Shown: positions 13,962-26,790 of the stretch, one piece after another
Position numbering within the stretch: the stretch's first letter is position 1
Layout: each line of letters begins with the position of its first letter
NCBI GenBank assembly: GCA_951406725.2
Contig: OX597834.1
Location: 36,766,001 to 36,830,000 of the forward strand
Direction of reading: 5' to 3'
DNA from: Octopus vulgaris
Taxonomy: Eukaryota
DNA: 64,000 nt
Program-made: the position numbers and the translations under genes
The notes under the pieces: generated by a model
What the model was told of the DNA's origin: nothing
Database searches by the model: none
What the model saw: the letters and a program-made list of their open reading frames with translations, nothing else

Positions 13962-14060
13962 GATATCATCTCGATCATTTGGAAATGAACCGAAATTTGT
14001 ATTAAGTAAATTAGCAAATAAAATTTTGATTGCTAATTAATATTATAGATATCAATTATA

Positions 14061-14437
14061 CCAGCAGTATCGCCCGGCAGTGCTCGGGTTTGTTTCGACC
14101 CTTTAGAATTAGAATATTTGAAAAGTAAAAATTTTGCATTATGTAGCTTGTTATTCTCTTTAAGTGAACATTTTTCTGGTTGAAATACACCGAAAAATGG
14201 CGACACAGCAGTCAAAAAATTGTAAAACATAGGGATTTTCATAGAAAAAGCACCTTTTTGATGTAAATAATTTTTGGTGTTAACATGGTCTGATTTGAAT
14301 TTTTTCTTCTATGGAAGCCTCTTCTATCATACTCTCAATTTTGGTCAACTTGCGCCGCAGGGTCTCGGAGGAAATAGTGTAAGTTGAAGGCTACCAAACG
14401 TGCCATACACAGACAACTTCAGCTTTATATATAGAGA
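14061..14437 (-). mobile_element. Non-autonomous Helitron (377 bp)
   Basis: On the minus strand it starts A|TCTCTATATATAAAG and ends CCCGAGCACTGCCGGG (hairpin)-CGATACTG-CTGG|T. That gives 5' TC, a subterminal GC hairpin, 3' CTRR and insertion between A and T with no TSD. Confidence 0.8.
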
Positions 14438-14787
14438 TTATGTTATTGAAATTCACGCAGAGTATGTATAATAAATGAAGCCACTGTCAATATCAAAATG
14501 TGTGCAATTATTTTAAACGATCTTCTCGCTTTGAATTTTCTCTCGGATTTATTTTTATCTGTTGCTGAAGTAACACAAAAACATGTCGTCAAATCACAGT
14601 GTCTGATTGTCTAGTGACGTCACTTGAAACTCAGATCAATGTCTTTTTATACAGATTGTCTATAAAGAAATATCTTTTCCAAGACAAAATCTGGTGGCCA
14701 GAGTCTTTCGTATCCTGTGTGCAGTTGCTTATTAAAAATGAATGTACACGAATCTTAAGATTTTGTAGTATTTGTATACGCATATGC

Positions 14788-14850
<63 letters not shown>

Positions 14851-15287
14851 TGTATTTATGTACATATTTTTATATTGATTGTCGTTTCTCCAAGTGCTCA
14901 CTCTGTATTGTACTGTATTGATTTCAATAATATTCATTAATGAATTATTCTTATGCACACACATACACACGAACATGTACACGTGCACAGAGAAACACAT
15001 GCACACACACACACAAACAGACAAACAGACAAACACACGTGTATGTATAAAAAGGAGAGTGAAAGCAACAGGAGGGCAAACGATATAAAAAAATATTTAT
15101 GCTTATGGATTTGTGTATATATGTATGTATATATACGTGTGTATATTTATATACATGTATATTTGATTATGTTGTAACGTAAATATATATATATATAGGT
15201 ATATATATATATATGTATTTATATATATTTATATGTATATGTATGTATATATATATATGTATTTAAATATATATATATTTATAGATA

Positions 15288-15327
<40 letters not shown>

Positions 15328-15346
15328 TACACACGCACACAGACAT

Positions 15347-15384
<38 letters not shown>

Positions 15385-16209
15385 ACACACATATATATAT
15401 ATATACATATATACGTATTTACAAACACACATCACAAATATACCCACTCATATACATACAGAAAGACATACATATGCATACAAGCTACAGTTATATAGAT
15501 ACTTACGCATTTCACAAAAGAGCAAAAAATTACTTTTGGAGATATTTCAAATAGTCATTCCTGCACATGTCCAAACAGCTCTCACGCAACATCGTAGTAA
15601 TTATAGTTATGTAATTATAGACGCAATACAACAGGCGAGTTAAATCAAGAAGAATATTTTGCAATTTGAGTTATAAAATTCAAATTAGCTGCTATAAAGT
15701 TTGCAGATTCGGGTGATAAATAAGAAAAGAGAAAATGAAAGGGAATGACTACACCCATATATATATATACACATACCTACGTGCATACATACATACATGC
15801 ATACGTACAATGATAAATACACACGCACATACACGTGTGTGTGTGTGTGTATGTGCGTGTGTATATTTATATGTATGTATGTATATACATACATATACAT
15901 ATTATATATATATATATGCAAACATATATACATATATAGATATACTTATACACATATATGTTTTGATATGTATATATATATACTCACATATATATGTGTC
16001 TTTGCGTGTAGGTATATGTGCGTGTGTGTATAATTATAAGTGTGTATGTCTATATATGAATATATATATATGTATATATATATATTTGTATATATGTATG
16101 TGTATATATATATATATACGCATATATACATATGTATTTGTGTATATATGCACACACACACATATATATATACATATATGTATATATTTATATGTTTATT
16201 GATATTTAC

Positions 16210-16256
<47 letters not shown>

Positions 16257-16419
16257 CGCACAAACCATTTTTCATTTAACTCTATTAAATATAAATTTAT
16301 AAAATATTTCCTATATTGGTTTTTGTGTTTTTGTAGGCATCTTTCCCTCTATATGTCAGTATATTCATATAAGCGTGCATGCATGTGCGTACACATATAT
16401 GTATATGTGTTTATGTATG

Positions 16420-16461
<42 letters not shown>

Positions 16462-17474
16462 ATTATGCATATTTGCATATATAGGTATGTGCGTGTCTGT
16501 GTCTGTGTGTGTGTATGTATAAATGTACATATATGCATATGTATATGCATGTGTGCATGCATATATCTATATACATGTATGTATGCTTGTCTATGTCTAT
16601 GTATGTGCAAATGTCTATTTCATGCATCTAGCCTGTGTAACTATTCGGAATAGGCAGTTGGATATAATGCTTTAAACTATTAAGAAAATGTCTTCGTTCT
16701 CTTAAATAATTTTTGTCATTCTGTGCAAACGCACCGAAATACGTTGTACAGAATATGGAAGAACCCATTAATATTTCTAAAGAAGTTTAAACACATTCAC
16801 ACAGATACTCATGGACAGACACAGAAATATGTATAGATGCATAAATATATCCTATATACAAATGTATACACATGTGCATGCTTAGGCGCACACATATTTG
16901 CACGATAATAATGTTGAAAATGTACGATAAAGCACACAGTAATTAATACAATTTAAAGAAAATAAAACATGAACGATTATTAGTTAGTTTGAAGTAGTGT
17001 ACTCCATGACTCTGTACACTTAACTATGTCTTCGGGTACAACCGAATTCTCATTAAGCATGATTTTTGAAAACATTTGATGTTGAGACACACCAAAATCT
17101 TGAGGATATTCTTTCTCAAGTGTTGTAATGTCTTTATTTTAATTTTACGAGTAGTCTATCTTTTGCATGTGGTTTATATTCCGAATCTAATTGTTTGTAT
17201 ATCATTACAACTTCTGAAATCTTTGTCACCAGTGATGCGTAATTTTCAGTTAAATATTTGTATGATTTTGCGGAAAACTGTGAATGTTAGTTCATCTTCG
17301 TCCTTTGTCTGTTTTTCGTTATTTTCATGAAGAAGGGTTTCGTTGTCGTTCAGAAGAAAGTGTTCCACCTGATCTATTTTATTGTTTCGTGTTAAGCCTT
17401 TCTTTTTTGTGATTTCTTTCATGTTTCCTTCTCTAATTTTTCTTTCTCGCGATGAAGGTGTGGTACAACTGGTT

Positions 17475-17697
17475 GAGCTGGCAGAAACGTTAGCACGCCG
17501 GGCGAAATGCGTAGCCGTATTTCGTCTGCCGTTACGTTCCAAGTTAAAATTCCGCCGAGGTCGACTTTGCCTTTCATCCTTTCGGGGTCGATAAATTAAG
17601 TACCAGTTGCGTACTGGGGTCGATGTAATCGACTTAATCCGTTTGTCTGTCCTTGTTTGTCCCCTCTATGTTTAGCCCCTTGTGGGTAGTTAAGGAA
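17475..17697 (+). mobile_element. SINE family B
   Basis: GAGCTGGCAGAAACGTTAGCACGCCGGGCGAAATG...GCCTTTCATCCTTTCGGGGTCGATAAATTAAGTACC...linker. Confidence 0.9.
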
Positions 17698-18009
17698 TCG
17701 ATATTGTTCGGAGACAAGATGTTTGCTCATCTATTTGTGATGCTGGGCCCAAAGAAATTTATTTCATTTGCTACCCCCAGAGTTTTGGGTGGCGATACCT
17801 AGGAAACTGAAGTTTATAGTTCCTTTTTGATTTTGTTGTGGCGTTGCATATTTTTCACTTGATTTATTTAGTTTGCAAGTTGTTGACGGACATTCAGTTC
17901 TAAAGTGTGTTTTACTCCGATAGATATAACAACAAGACTTTCTACATTCTACCATCCATCTCGGACCTTTTTTCTTGGTACCTTATACTTGTCTTCTATC
18001 TTTGTTATT

Positions 18010-18393
18010 TATCTTTTACTTTTTTCAATCATTTGACTGAAACCCTGCAAAGGACGTCATGAAGAATTTTTGATGGAACGAATCGGCCCAGTCCTTTTTT
18101 TAAAACCTGGTACTTATCTGTCTCTTTTGCTAAACCGCTAAGTTACGGAGACGTAAACAAACCAAAACGGGTTATTAAGCGGCGATGGGGGACAAACGCT
18201 GACACAAAGACACCCCCCCACACACACACGATATGAGCCTCTTTCGGTTTTCGCCTACCAAATCCACTCACAAGGTTTCGGTCAGCCCGAGGCTATAATA
18301 GAAGACACTTGCCCAAGGTACCACGCAGTGGGACTGAACCTGGAGCCATGTAGTTGGGAAGCAAACTTCTAACCACACAGTCACGCCTGCACC
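18010..18393 (-). mobile_element. SINE family A, full length
   Basis: Ends ...GACACTTGCCCAAGGTACCACGCAGTGGGACTGAACC...CCACACAGTCACGCCTGCACC|TATA. Confidence 0.85.
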
Positions 18394-18960
18394 TATAAAT
18401 TTTTTAAGGAAGAACCATCTAAGATAAAACCCGGACAAAATTAAATTCCGTCTCAGGATGTTGAATACTGATATCTCCCTATGTCTTTGCCCACAGGACC
18501 ATCAAGACACCAACTGAGCACAGTTCTGATATTGCTCTGGGTCCTTTGTGGGGAGGGATATCCTGATGGCTCGCAAGTCCATTTTCACGTCCCCTGGCTT
18601 TTGATCACTTTTCCTTAAGCTTGCTCGACCACTCTCTTATACTGCAACACAAAGATCTATTTAGAGTCTTATGTCTTTTATTGTCATTCTTGTGCTTCGC
18701 TGATCCTTGTACTGAATCACAAACGGATAATAAATTTCAGCCCATGTTACGGCTACGTTTTCAGCTTTGAAAGTACAAAAAATGGTGTCATAATATTTTC
18801 ATTTTTTAACTGAGATATCTTTTAACATTGTCTTGAAGGATTTGTTATTCTATATTACGTAAAAGAAAATTTAGACGGCTTCCATTTTCTTTTTTACTAA
18901 TAGAGATATTTAATCTTGTTGTGCCTCGGAAGGGTCATTACGCCAATAATAATAACAATC

Positions 18961-19038
<78 letters not shown>

Positions 19039-19054
19039 TCAAAATTAAAAGAAG

Positions 19055-19261
19055 AGTGCCATTGTTATCTAGTGAACGATATTTCGATATCTCGTGTGTC
19101 TTCAACTGGTTTAAAAAATAATTTTGTCAATCTACTTCATTTTGGTTAATATATAAAGGATTGAGGTAACTCCTCCTGAAGGTATAGATAACAATGGCAA
19201 TCTTCTTATAATTTTGACTCTATATCTTCAGGAAGAGTTACCTCAATCTTTTATATATTAA
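19055..19261. repeat. Interspersed repeat with 43-bp inverted arms (19146-19188 / 19219-19261); possible Penelope-like remnant
   Basis: Arms match at 40/43 positions; 19055-19195 is homologous in reverse orientation to 53365-53505. Confidence 0.75.
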
Positions 19262-19279
19262 TTAATGAATTAATTAATA

Positions 19280-19342
<63 letters not shown>

Positions 19343-19784
19343 CATAATAATAATAATAATAATGATAATAACACACGCACTGGTTCACTATCACTTCGTC
19401 ATTGTTAGCTGGTTAAATATCTACCCGACTAAGTAATCGATCGCTTGTTTAATGTGTAGGTTAAACAACCAATTGGTTGCATGTTAGTCAATGTTCTATC
19501 GTCGCTGTTTGCGACGATTCCAGAGACTTCCTTGTATACCCAAGGTTTGGATCTGAGTCTGTCCAAGAACTGGTCTTATGCCTGTGTCGAGGAGCCTTGT
19601 GTCAAAATTTGAAACCATTACTTATCTTTTTAAGCCTGATATCTATCTGGTGCTTATTTTATTTGTCTTGGGGGGCGATGGGAGAGAAAACTAAACCAGT
19701 ATTTGACGAGTCTTGAGCTCGGAGTTTAAAAGAGAGGAAACTATATGGAGTTATCTGTTTGTTCTAGAACACCAACATTACAAT

Positions 19785-20310
19785 CACCATCACCGCCGCC
19801 GTCATCAACACCACCACCACCACCACCATCACCACCACTATCATCACCACCTCCACCAGCATCTCCAACACCACTACATCCCAAACCACCACCGCCACCA
19901 CCACTACCATCACAACGACGACGACTATCCCCACGACCATCACCACCACCACCATCGCCAATACGGCAGCAACCACCGCCGCCACCACCACCACCACCAC
20001 CACCATCATCATCACTACCTCCACTACTATCTCCAACACCACTACATCCCAAACCACCATCACTACCACTACCATCACAACGACGACGACAATCCCCACG
20101 ACCATCACCACCACCATCGCCAATACGGCAGCAACCGCCACCGCCACCATCACCACCACCACCACCACCACCACCACCACCACCACCACCACCACTACCA
20201 CCTCCACCACCATCTCCAACACCACTACATCCCAAACCACCACCACCACCACCAATACCGCGACCACCACCACCACCACCACCACCACCATCAGTACCGC
20301 GACCACCACC
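19785..20310. repeat. Compound CAC-rich tandem repeat with ~170-180-bp higher-order unit
   Basis: ATCTCCAACACCACTACATCCCAAACCACC recurs at 19861, 20029 and 20212. Confidence 0.85.
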
Positions 20311-20905
20311 TACTATAACTAATGCAATCTATTTGAAGGTATGCTGTATTTAAGTTAGTTATTTCAAGTAGAGTAAAGACAACATTTGATGAGACGTAAG
20401 CGCAGTAAGGGGGTGGGTGAGCGGGTGGGGCGGGGCGGGGGCCGTTATTCTTTCGAGAAGCAAAAATTCTGAAACAAAAAGAAAAAATACAAAATATTAA
20501 AAATAAAAAAAAACCCAAAACAAAACAAAAGCAAAACACTCCAGCGGTAACAATGCAATTTCCACATGAGTGGTGTTGTGGCGAATGACGTCACTGGAAC
20601 CGACGTCTGGCTGGGTGGTATGGCGTATTGTAGCATGGAGAAGGCAGATTGGTGGCACTGGTGGTGATGGTGATGGCGGTGTTGGTTAGTAGGGTGGCGA
20701 GGCTGGTGGCGATGGAGACTAAATTACTGCTTAGCCACCAAATAAATGAACAAACAAATAGAGTTTTTTGGTTCCCACCTTTCTTTTTGTTTTCTAATTG
20801 AAGAGAGCTCTTAATTCCTCGACAAAATACAAAAGCGGGTTGAACTGAGGAGTAACGGCTGCTCAAAATGGAATACTCTCTGCTGCCAGATACTCGGGAA
20901 CACAC

Positions 20906-20952
<47 letters not shown>

Positions 20953-21024
20953 CACACATACAGACACACACACACACATACACACACACACAGACGCACA
21001 CACACACACACTTAACACAACATA

Positions 21025-21436
21025 TTCTTTTATTTTTTATTCGTTTATTTGTTTCAGTCATTCGACTGTGGCCACGATGGAGCACCGCCTTTAGTCGAAC
21101 AAATCCACCCAAGGACTTATTCTTTGTAAGCTTAGCACTTATTCTATCGGTCTCTTTTTGCCGAACCGCTAGAGTACGGGGACGTAAACACACCAACATC
21201 AGTTGTCAAGCGATGGTGGAGGGACAAACACAGATACACAAGTACATACATACATACACACACACACACATATATATATGGAACTGGCTTCTTACAGTTT
21301 CCGTCTACCAAATCAACTCACAAGACTTTGATCGGAAGGTAATAGTAGAAGACACTTGCCCAAGGTGCTACGCAGTGGGACTGAACCCGGAACCATGTGG
21401 ATGGGAAGCATGCTTCTTACAACACAATCACTCCTA
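21025..21436 (-). mobile_element. SINE family A, full length (left arm of head-to-head pair)
   Basis: Reverse complement of the family consensus from the 3' tail to the head remnant CACAATCACTCCT. Confidence 0.9.
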
Positions 21437-21440
21437 TATA

Positions 21441-21882
21441 GGCGCAGGTGTGGCATACAGGTGCAGACGTGGCTGCATGGTAAGAAGCTTGATTTTTAAC
21501 CAGATGGTTCCCGGTTCAGTTCCACTGCGTGGCACCTTACGCAAGTGTCTCATACTATAACCTCGAGCCGACCAAAGCCTTGTGAGTGGATTTGGTAGAC
21601 GGAAACTGAAAGAAGCCCGTCGTATATATATGTGTATATATATATATGTATGTATGTGTGTGTATATATGTTTGTGTGTCTGTGTTTGTCCCCCCAACAT
21701 CGCTTGACAACAGATGCTGGTGTGTTTACGTCCCCGTCACTTAGCGGTTCGGCAAAAGAGACCGATAGAATAAGTACTAGGCTTACAAAGAATAAGTCCT
21801 AGGGTCGATTTGCTCGACTAAAGGCGGTATTCCAGCATGGCCATAGTCAAATGACTGAAACAAGTAAAAGAGTAGAAGAGTA
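21441..21882 (+). mobile_element. SINE family A, full length with duplicated 5' tip (right arm of head-to-head pair)
   Basis: GGCGCAGGTGTGGC-ATAC-AGGTGCAGACGTGGCTGCATGGTAAG...GGTTCAGTTCC...GACTGAAACAAGTAAAAGAG. Confidence 0.9.
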
Positions 21883-22461
21883 ATGCCACAGAGAAAACAT
21901 GTATGGTATTCAATGCTTTGTAGAACATACACGCGTTTCATCGAATTTCCATTATATGTACATAATAGTTGTAGAAACGCCATAAAATTTTGTTATTCAC
22001 CTCTTCAGTATTTTGCTATAAACAGAAAAGCAAGGCTCGATATATATTCCTGTTATGCAAATTACCAACAACTTTGCATGCCGCACGATACTGTTGGAAA
22101 CCAAAGAAACCGACTATAGATGCCCCAGATGACCCCTCTGGAACCTATATCGGTACGACCAGAAAAAAACTGGGAATATATTTTGAACTAAGAATGTAAA
22201 ACGCATTAACAAAACACCACGAGTTATTTTATTAGGTGCTCCCACGATTCTGCCAAACCATTGCAGTGGATCATAGAGCTACAACTATTTGGGTGATATT
22301 TTAAATTATCGATCTCCAGAAAGCAAAGTTGATCTCGGCTGGATTTGAGAGCTAAGACAGGACCCGATAAAAACCCATAGAGGACCTAAGATCTTAAAAG
22401 ATTTTGGTGTTCCCATATTTGTAATTGAATTTGTAATATGCAACTCAAAATATAAATTATG

Positions 22462-23423
22462 ATAAACTATAAAATGAATTTTTATTTTTCAAAATGAAAT
22501 ATAGGCGCAGGAGTGGCGGTGTGGTAAGTAGCTTGCTAACCAACCACATGGTTCCGGGTTCAGTCCCACTGCGTGGCATCTTGAGCAAGTGTCTTCTGCT
22601 ATAGCCCCGGGACGACCAATGCCTTGTGAGTGGATTTGGTAGACGGAAACTGAAAGAAGCCTGTCGTATATATGTATATATATATATGTGTGTGTGTGTG
22701 TTTGTGTGTCTGTGTTTGTCCCCCTAGCATTGCTTGACAACCGATGCTGGTGTGTTTACGTCCCCGTCACTTAGCGGTTCGGCAAAAGAGACCGATAGAA
22801 TAAGTACTTGGCTTACAAAGAATAAGTCCCGGGGTCGATTTGATCGACTAAAGGCGGTGCTCCAGCATGGCCGCAGTCAACTGACTGAAACAAGTAAATG
22901 AGTAAAAGAGTATAACCAACAGTAACATGGAAAATAATGTTTGTTTTTGTATACTTCCAAAAAGTTTTCTCTTTTTCATTTTAATTATAGAGTCTTTGAT
23001 CAGATCTCTCTATGACACACGGACACTTCATAATTATATTTCCAATCATATCAACCACTTCGAATATTATTTTAGTAAGTTCAAAGTGATTTCTTTAGTG
23101 CCGTAAACTATTTACCATTGCTGCGGTGTCCCACTTCTCTTCATGCCTTATTTTAATTAGTAGTTAATAATAAACCATAAATAAATTTTTATTTTTCAAA
23201 ATGAAATAAAGATGGAAAATAATGTTTATTTTTGTTTACTTCCAAAAAGTTTTCTCTTTTTTTTTTTTTAATTGTAGTCTTCGATCAGATCCTCCCTATG
23301 GTACAATGAACAGTTCAAAATTATATTTCCGATCATATAAACCACTTTGAATATTATTTTAGTAAGTTTAAAGTGAGTTTCTATTTGTGCCGTTTACCAT
23401 TTACCATTTCCCTTCACACCTTA
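22462..23423 (+). repeat. Diverged ~250-280-bp tandem duplication; copy 1 interrupted by the 22504 SINE, copy 2 at ~23170-23423
   Basis: AATTTTTATTTTTCAAAATGAAATA, ATGGAAAATAATGTTT, ACTTCCAAAAAGTTTTCTCTTTTT, GATCAGATC and GAATATTATTTTAGTAAGTT each occur in both copies in the same order. Confidence 0.85.
22504..22910 (+). mobile_element. SINE family A, full-length young copy (reference copy; tRNA head + CORE-like domain, probably OR2-like)
   Basis: A-box-like GTGGCGGTGTGG, B-box GGTTCAGTCCC, CATCTTGAGCAAGTGTCTT similar to the MIR/CORE CCTTGGGCAAGT motif, internal TA/TG microsatellite and AGTAAAAGAG tail. Flanked by TATA on both sides. The family name is from memory. Confidence 0.9.
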
Positions 23424-23489
23424 AGCTGGTGCTTATTTTGCTTAATGATTATTCGAGCGTTTGCTGAGGTGACAAGAAGATTACAATAG

Positions 23490-23827
23490 AATACCAGTGA
23501 AATACTTTATTTTATCGACTCCTAAAGGATAAAAGGCAAAACTAACGTGAGCGGGTGCTGAACTCAGAACGGAAAGAGCCGGAAGAAAATCCGTCAAGAC
23601 TTTTCCTCTGATGCGCTAACGATTCTGCCAGCTCTGCGCCTCGCTACCGTCGGAGAAAGGATTAAATTTGTTTCTACTCTAGGCACAAGGCCCGAAATTT
23701 ATCGATCCCAAAAGGATGAAAGGCAAAGTTGACATCACCGGTATTTGAACTCAGAGCGCAAAGATGGACGAAATGCCGTTAAGCATTTCGTCCGGCGTGC
23801 TAACGATTCTGCCAGCTCGCCGCCTTA
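23490..23827 (-). mobile_element. Two SINE family B copies in tandem
   Basis: AAAGGAT-AAAGGCAAA...GAACTCAGA...GCTAACGATTCTGCCAGCTC occurs twice. Confidence 0.8.
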
Positions 23828-24031
23828 AGAAAGGATTAAATTGAAGTAAGAAAATGTATGAAAACACAAAGACAATAAACTAAGCAAAATTGTGAAGAAA
23901 CCCTGCCTGAAATAACAGTCAAATAGTCCTCAAAATGAAGGCTTGTAATTTGAAACACATTATAACTGAATAGAAGAAAGGTCGTGATAGTTACGGTTGG
24001 AACGTCTTCTGTTAAACCTGACTTAGCGTTA

Positions 24032-24101
<70 letters not shown>

Positions 24102-24684
24102 GTAAAGAAATGTGTTGTTGATACCGTTGTTTGGCGCCGTGCCAGTCCAAATTCAGGAGTCAATCGTTAAGAGCGCTCTAGAAGTGACAATCACGTCGAT
24201 TTTGAAAAGGCTGTCCTGTATATCAGGGCTAAATTTTCCTACGTAACTCTTCTCTTTCATGAGACGGTTGATTGTGATTTTGAGGAAAATCTGACTGCTA
24301 TTTCTAGCTGTTAGAGTGTTTCACGTCGAGGCTCTGTTGAGGGCTCGAAGGCGCGGGTGATTTGAACGGGTATAGAGAGGGTGTGGGGTGGGTCTGAGTG
24401 AACGTGTGGGAATGGTGTGAGGGTGAGAAGACAAAAATTGATGACAGTGAGCGAGAAGGATGGGCAAAACTGATATACGGGTACGTATATATGTGTGTAT
24501 ATATATGTGTATATATGTGTGTGTGTATGCGTGTGTATGTGTGTTAGGAAACGGTTTGTCGGTAGCAGTAGCTGGAAGTTGAAGGGGGTGGGCATGAGGC
24601 ACGGGGTGAAGAAGGGTGAGGCTGGAGGGAAGAGGTAGAGTTCCTTATGGGTAAGCGATGTTTGGTTGGATGTTATTTGTAATG

Positions 24685-25270
24685 ATGATGGCGGCGGGGC
24701 GGCGGCGGCGGCGGCGGCAACGGTGGCCTCGGAAGTGGTGGTGGTGGTGGTGGTGGTGGTGGTGGTGGTGATGATGTTGGTAGTAGTAGTAGTTATGGTG
24801 GTAGTAGTACTAATAGCGGTGATGGTAAGAGTAGTGGGGTTGGTGGTGGTGTTAACAGTAGTAAGAGTAATGGTGGTGGTGGTGGTGATAGTAGTAGTAG
24901 TGGTGATGGTGGCGGCGGCGGCGGCGGTGGTGGTGGTGGAGGTGGTAAAAGTAACAAGTGTAATGATGGTGGTGATAATACTAGTAGTGATGGTGATGGT
25001 GGTGGTGATGGTGGTGATGTGGTGGTAGTGGTGGTGGCAATACTAATGATGATGGTGGTGGTGGTGGTGGTGGTGGTGGCAATACTGATGATGGTGGTAG
25101 TGGAAGTGGTGGTAGTGATGGTGGAAGTGGAGGTGGTTGTGGTGGTGGTCGTAGTATTACTACTGATGTGCGTAAATGATGATGATGGCGGCGGCAAGGG
25201 GTGGGTGCTTTGAGAGTAGCAGGCAGGGTGGGAGTGGCGGCAGTAGTGGGAGCAGCGATGGTGGTGGGGG
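24685..25270. repeat. Degenerate (GGT/AGT/GAT/GGC)n array
   Basis: Directly visible low-complexity trinucleotide tract. Confidence 0.85.
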
Positions 25271-25794
25271 TGAGATTTCAGTTTGGCATGCCAACCAACA
25301 GAGGCTGGCACTACTTTTTTTTAAACCATCATTTCACGTCACCCTTTCTTCGAAGTAAGAAAGAACATCCGAAGAAGAACGAAGAACCAGCCAACCAACC
25401 AGCCAACCAACCTACCAGCCAGCCAACCAGCCAGCCAGCCGACCGACCGACCGAATGACCAACCGTCAGACCAACCGGCCAACAAACTAATAAACTTCTG
25501 CTATAAAACTTTTTCGGCGGCTTACTTGAAGAATTTTTTTGGATCGTGCCGTACCTTCTTTTAATCTTCCCACATCAGTTTGGTTCTTTGGTAAACGAGA
25601 GAGGAAAACATTCATACATCGCACATCCATACTCATTATCATACACACACATACACACACACATACATACATACATACATACATTTACATTTATTTTAAA
25701 ATATGTGACTCGGCTGTTGATTTGCAACTGCGCCCCCTTTGAAGAACGATATATATATAAAGTTTCAAACTTATAAAAAAAACGAAAAAAAAAG

Positions 25795-25890
25795 GAAGTA
25801 CGGGGGTCGATTTTTCGACTAAAACCCTTCAAGGCGGTGCCCCAGTGTGGCCGCAGTTCAATAGCTAAAACAAGTAAAAAAAAATAAGAT
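25795..25890 (+). mobile_element. SINE family A, 3' tail fragment
   Basis: GGGGTCGATTTTTCGACTAAA...AAGGCGGTGCCCCAGTGTGGCCGCAG...AAACAAGTAAAA. Confidence 0.75.
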
Positions 25891-26748
25891 ATAAATGTAC
25901 AAACATAACTGTCTTTATTCTTCTGCTATAACTGATCGAATGGACAATTTGTGTTTTTGAATCTATGTATCTACATCTATATATAGTCAATTGGTTTGTT
26001 TCCAGTGTATTACTGGTATATGAATGTCTTTTTAAACAATACACGACGGATAAAAAAAAAGCGAGGTTTCCCGTATAGCACCAAACGGATTTGAACCTGT
26101 ATCACTGAGAGACGCGACCAAATAACTACGGTGCATTGTGTTTGATGCTAGTTTTCAACATTTCTGCTCAGCTCCATTGCGGACTTCGATCCTGGAATGA
26201 TATTTGATCAAATATATTTGAAAATATAAGAAACAAAATCATCACTACCACTACCACCACCACCAACAATAACAACAATACTAAACACTACAACACTAAT
26301 TATAATATTGATTTAAAAATTTATTTACCTCTGATCGATGGATAAAATATATTATTGAAGTCAGCTGTCTAATAATTCATAAATTGGAATTGAATCTTTG
26401 TAAAGAAGTTTAAAGCCATTCCTAATACGCAAAGAAGTCACCGATGAATAAGAAGATTATTGCAGTCGAATTAATTTTGTAAATAATCTGAGATAAAAAC
26501 TTCTTCCTCGCCAAAACAAACAAAAAGGATATTTGAAAAATGAAATTAATGACGATAATAATTGCAAATGAAAACAGAGTGAAGTAGATGGCCACAATAA
26601 CAACAACAACGAGAGAGTCTAATTATGCACGGTTATAAGCCAGAAATTAAATAACGAAATACGAATCATTAAAACGAATTCTTGGACGAGAAACTGTCAA
26701 TGAAAACAGCACTGGTGTGATGGATATCATAGAGGAATAAAAAAAGAA

Positions 26749-26790
<42 letters not shown>

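Noticed and set aside
22504-22580. tRNA genes at SINE heads
   Set aside because: A/B boxes are present but continue into SINE bodies repeated many times in the window.
26060-26130. tRNA-like B-box (GGTTCAAATCC on the minus strand)
   Set aside because: No cloverleaf could be built; probably an old SINE head remnant rather than a tRNA gene.
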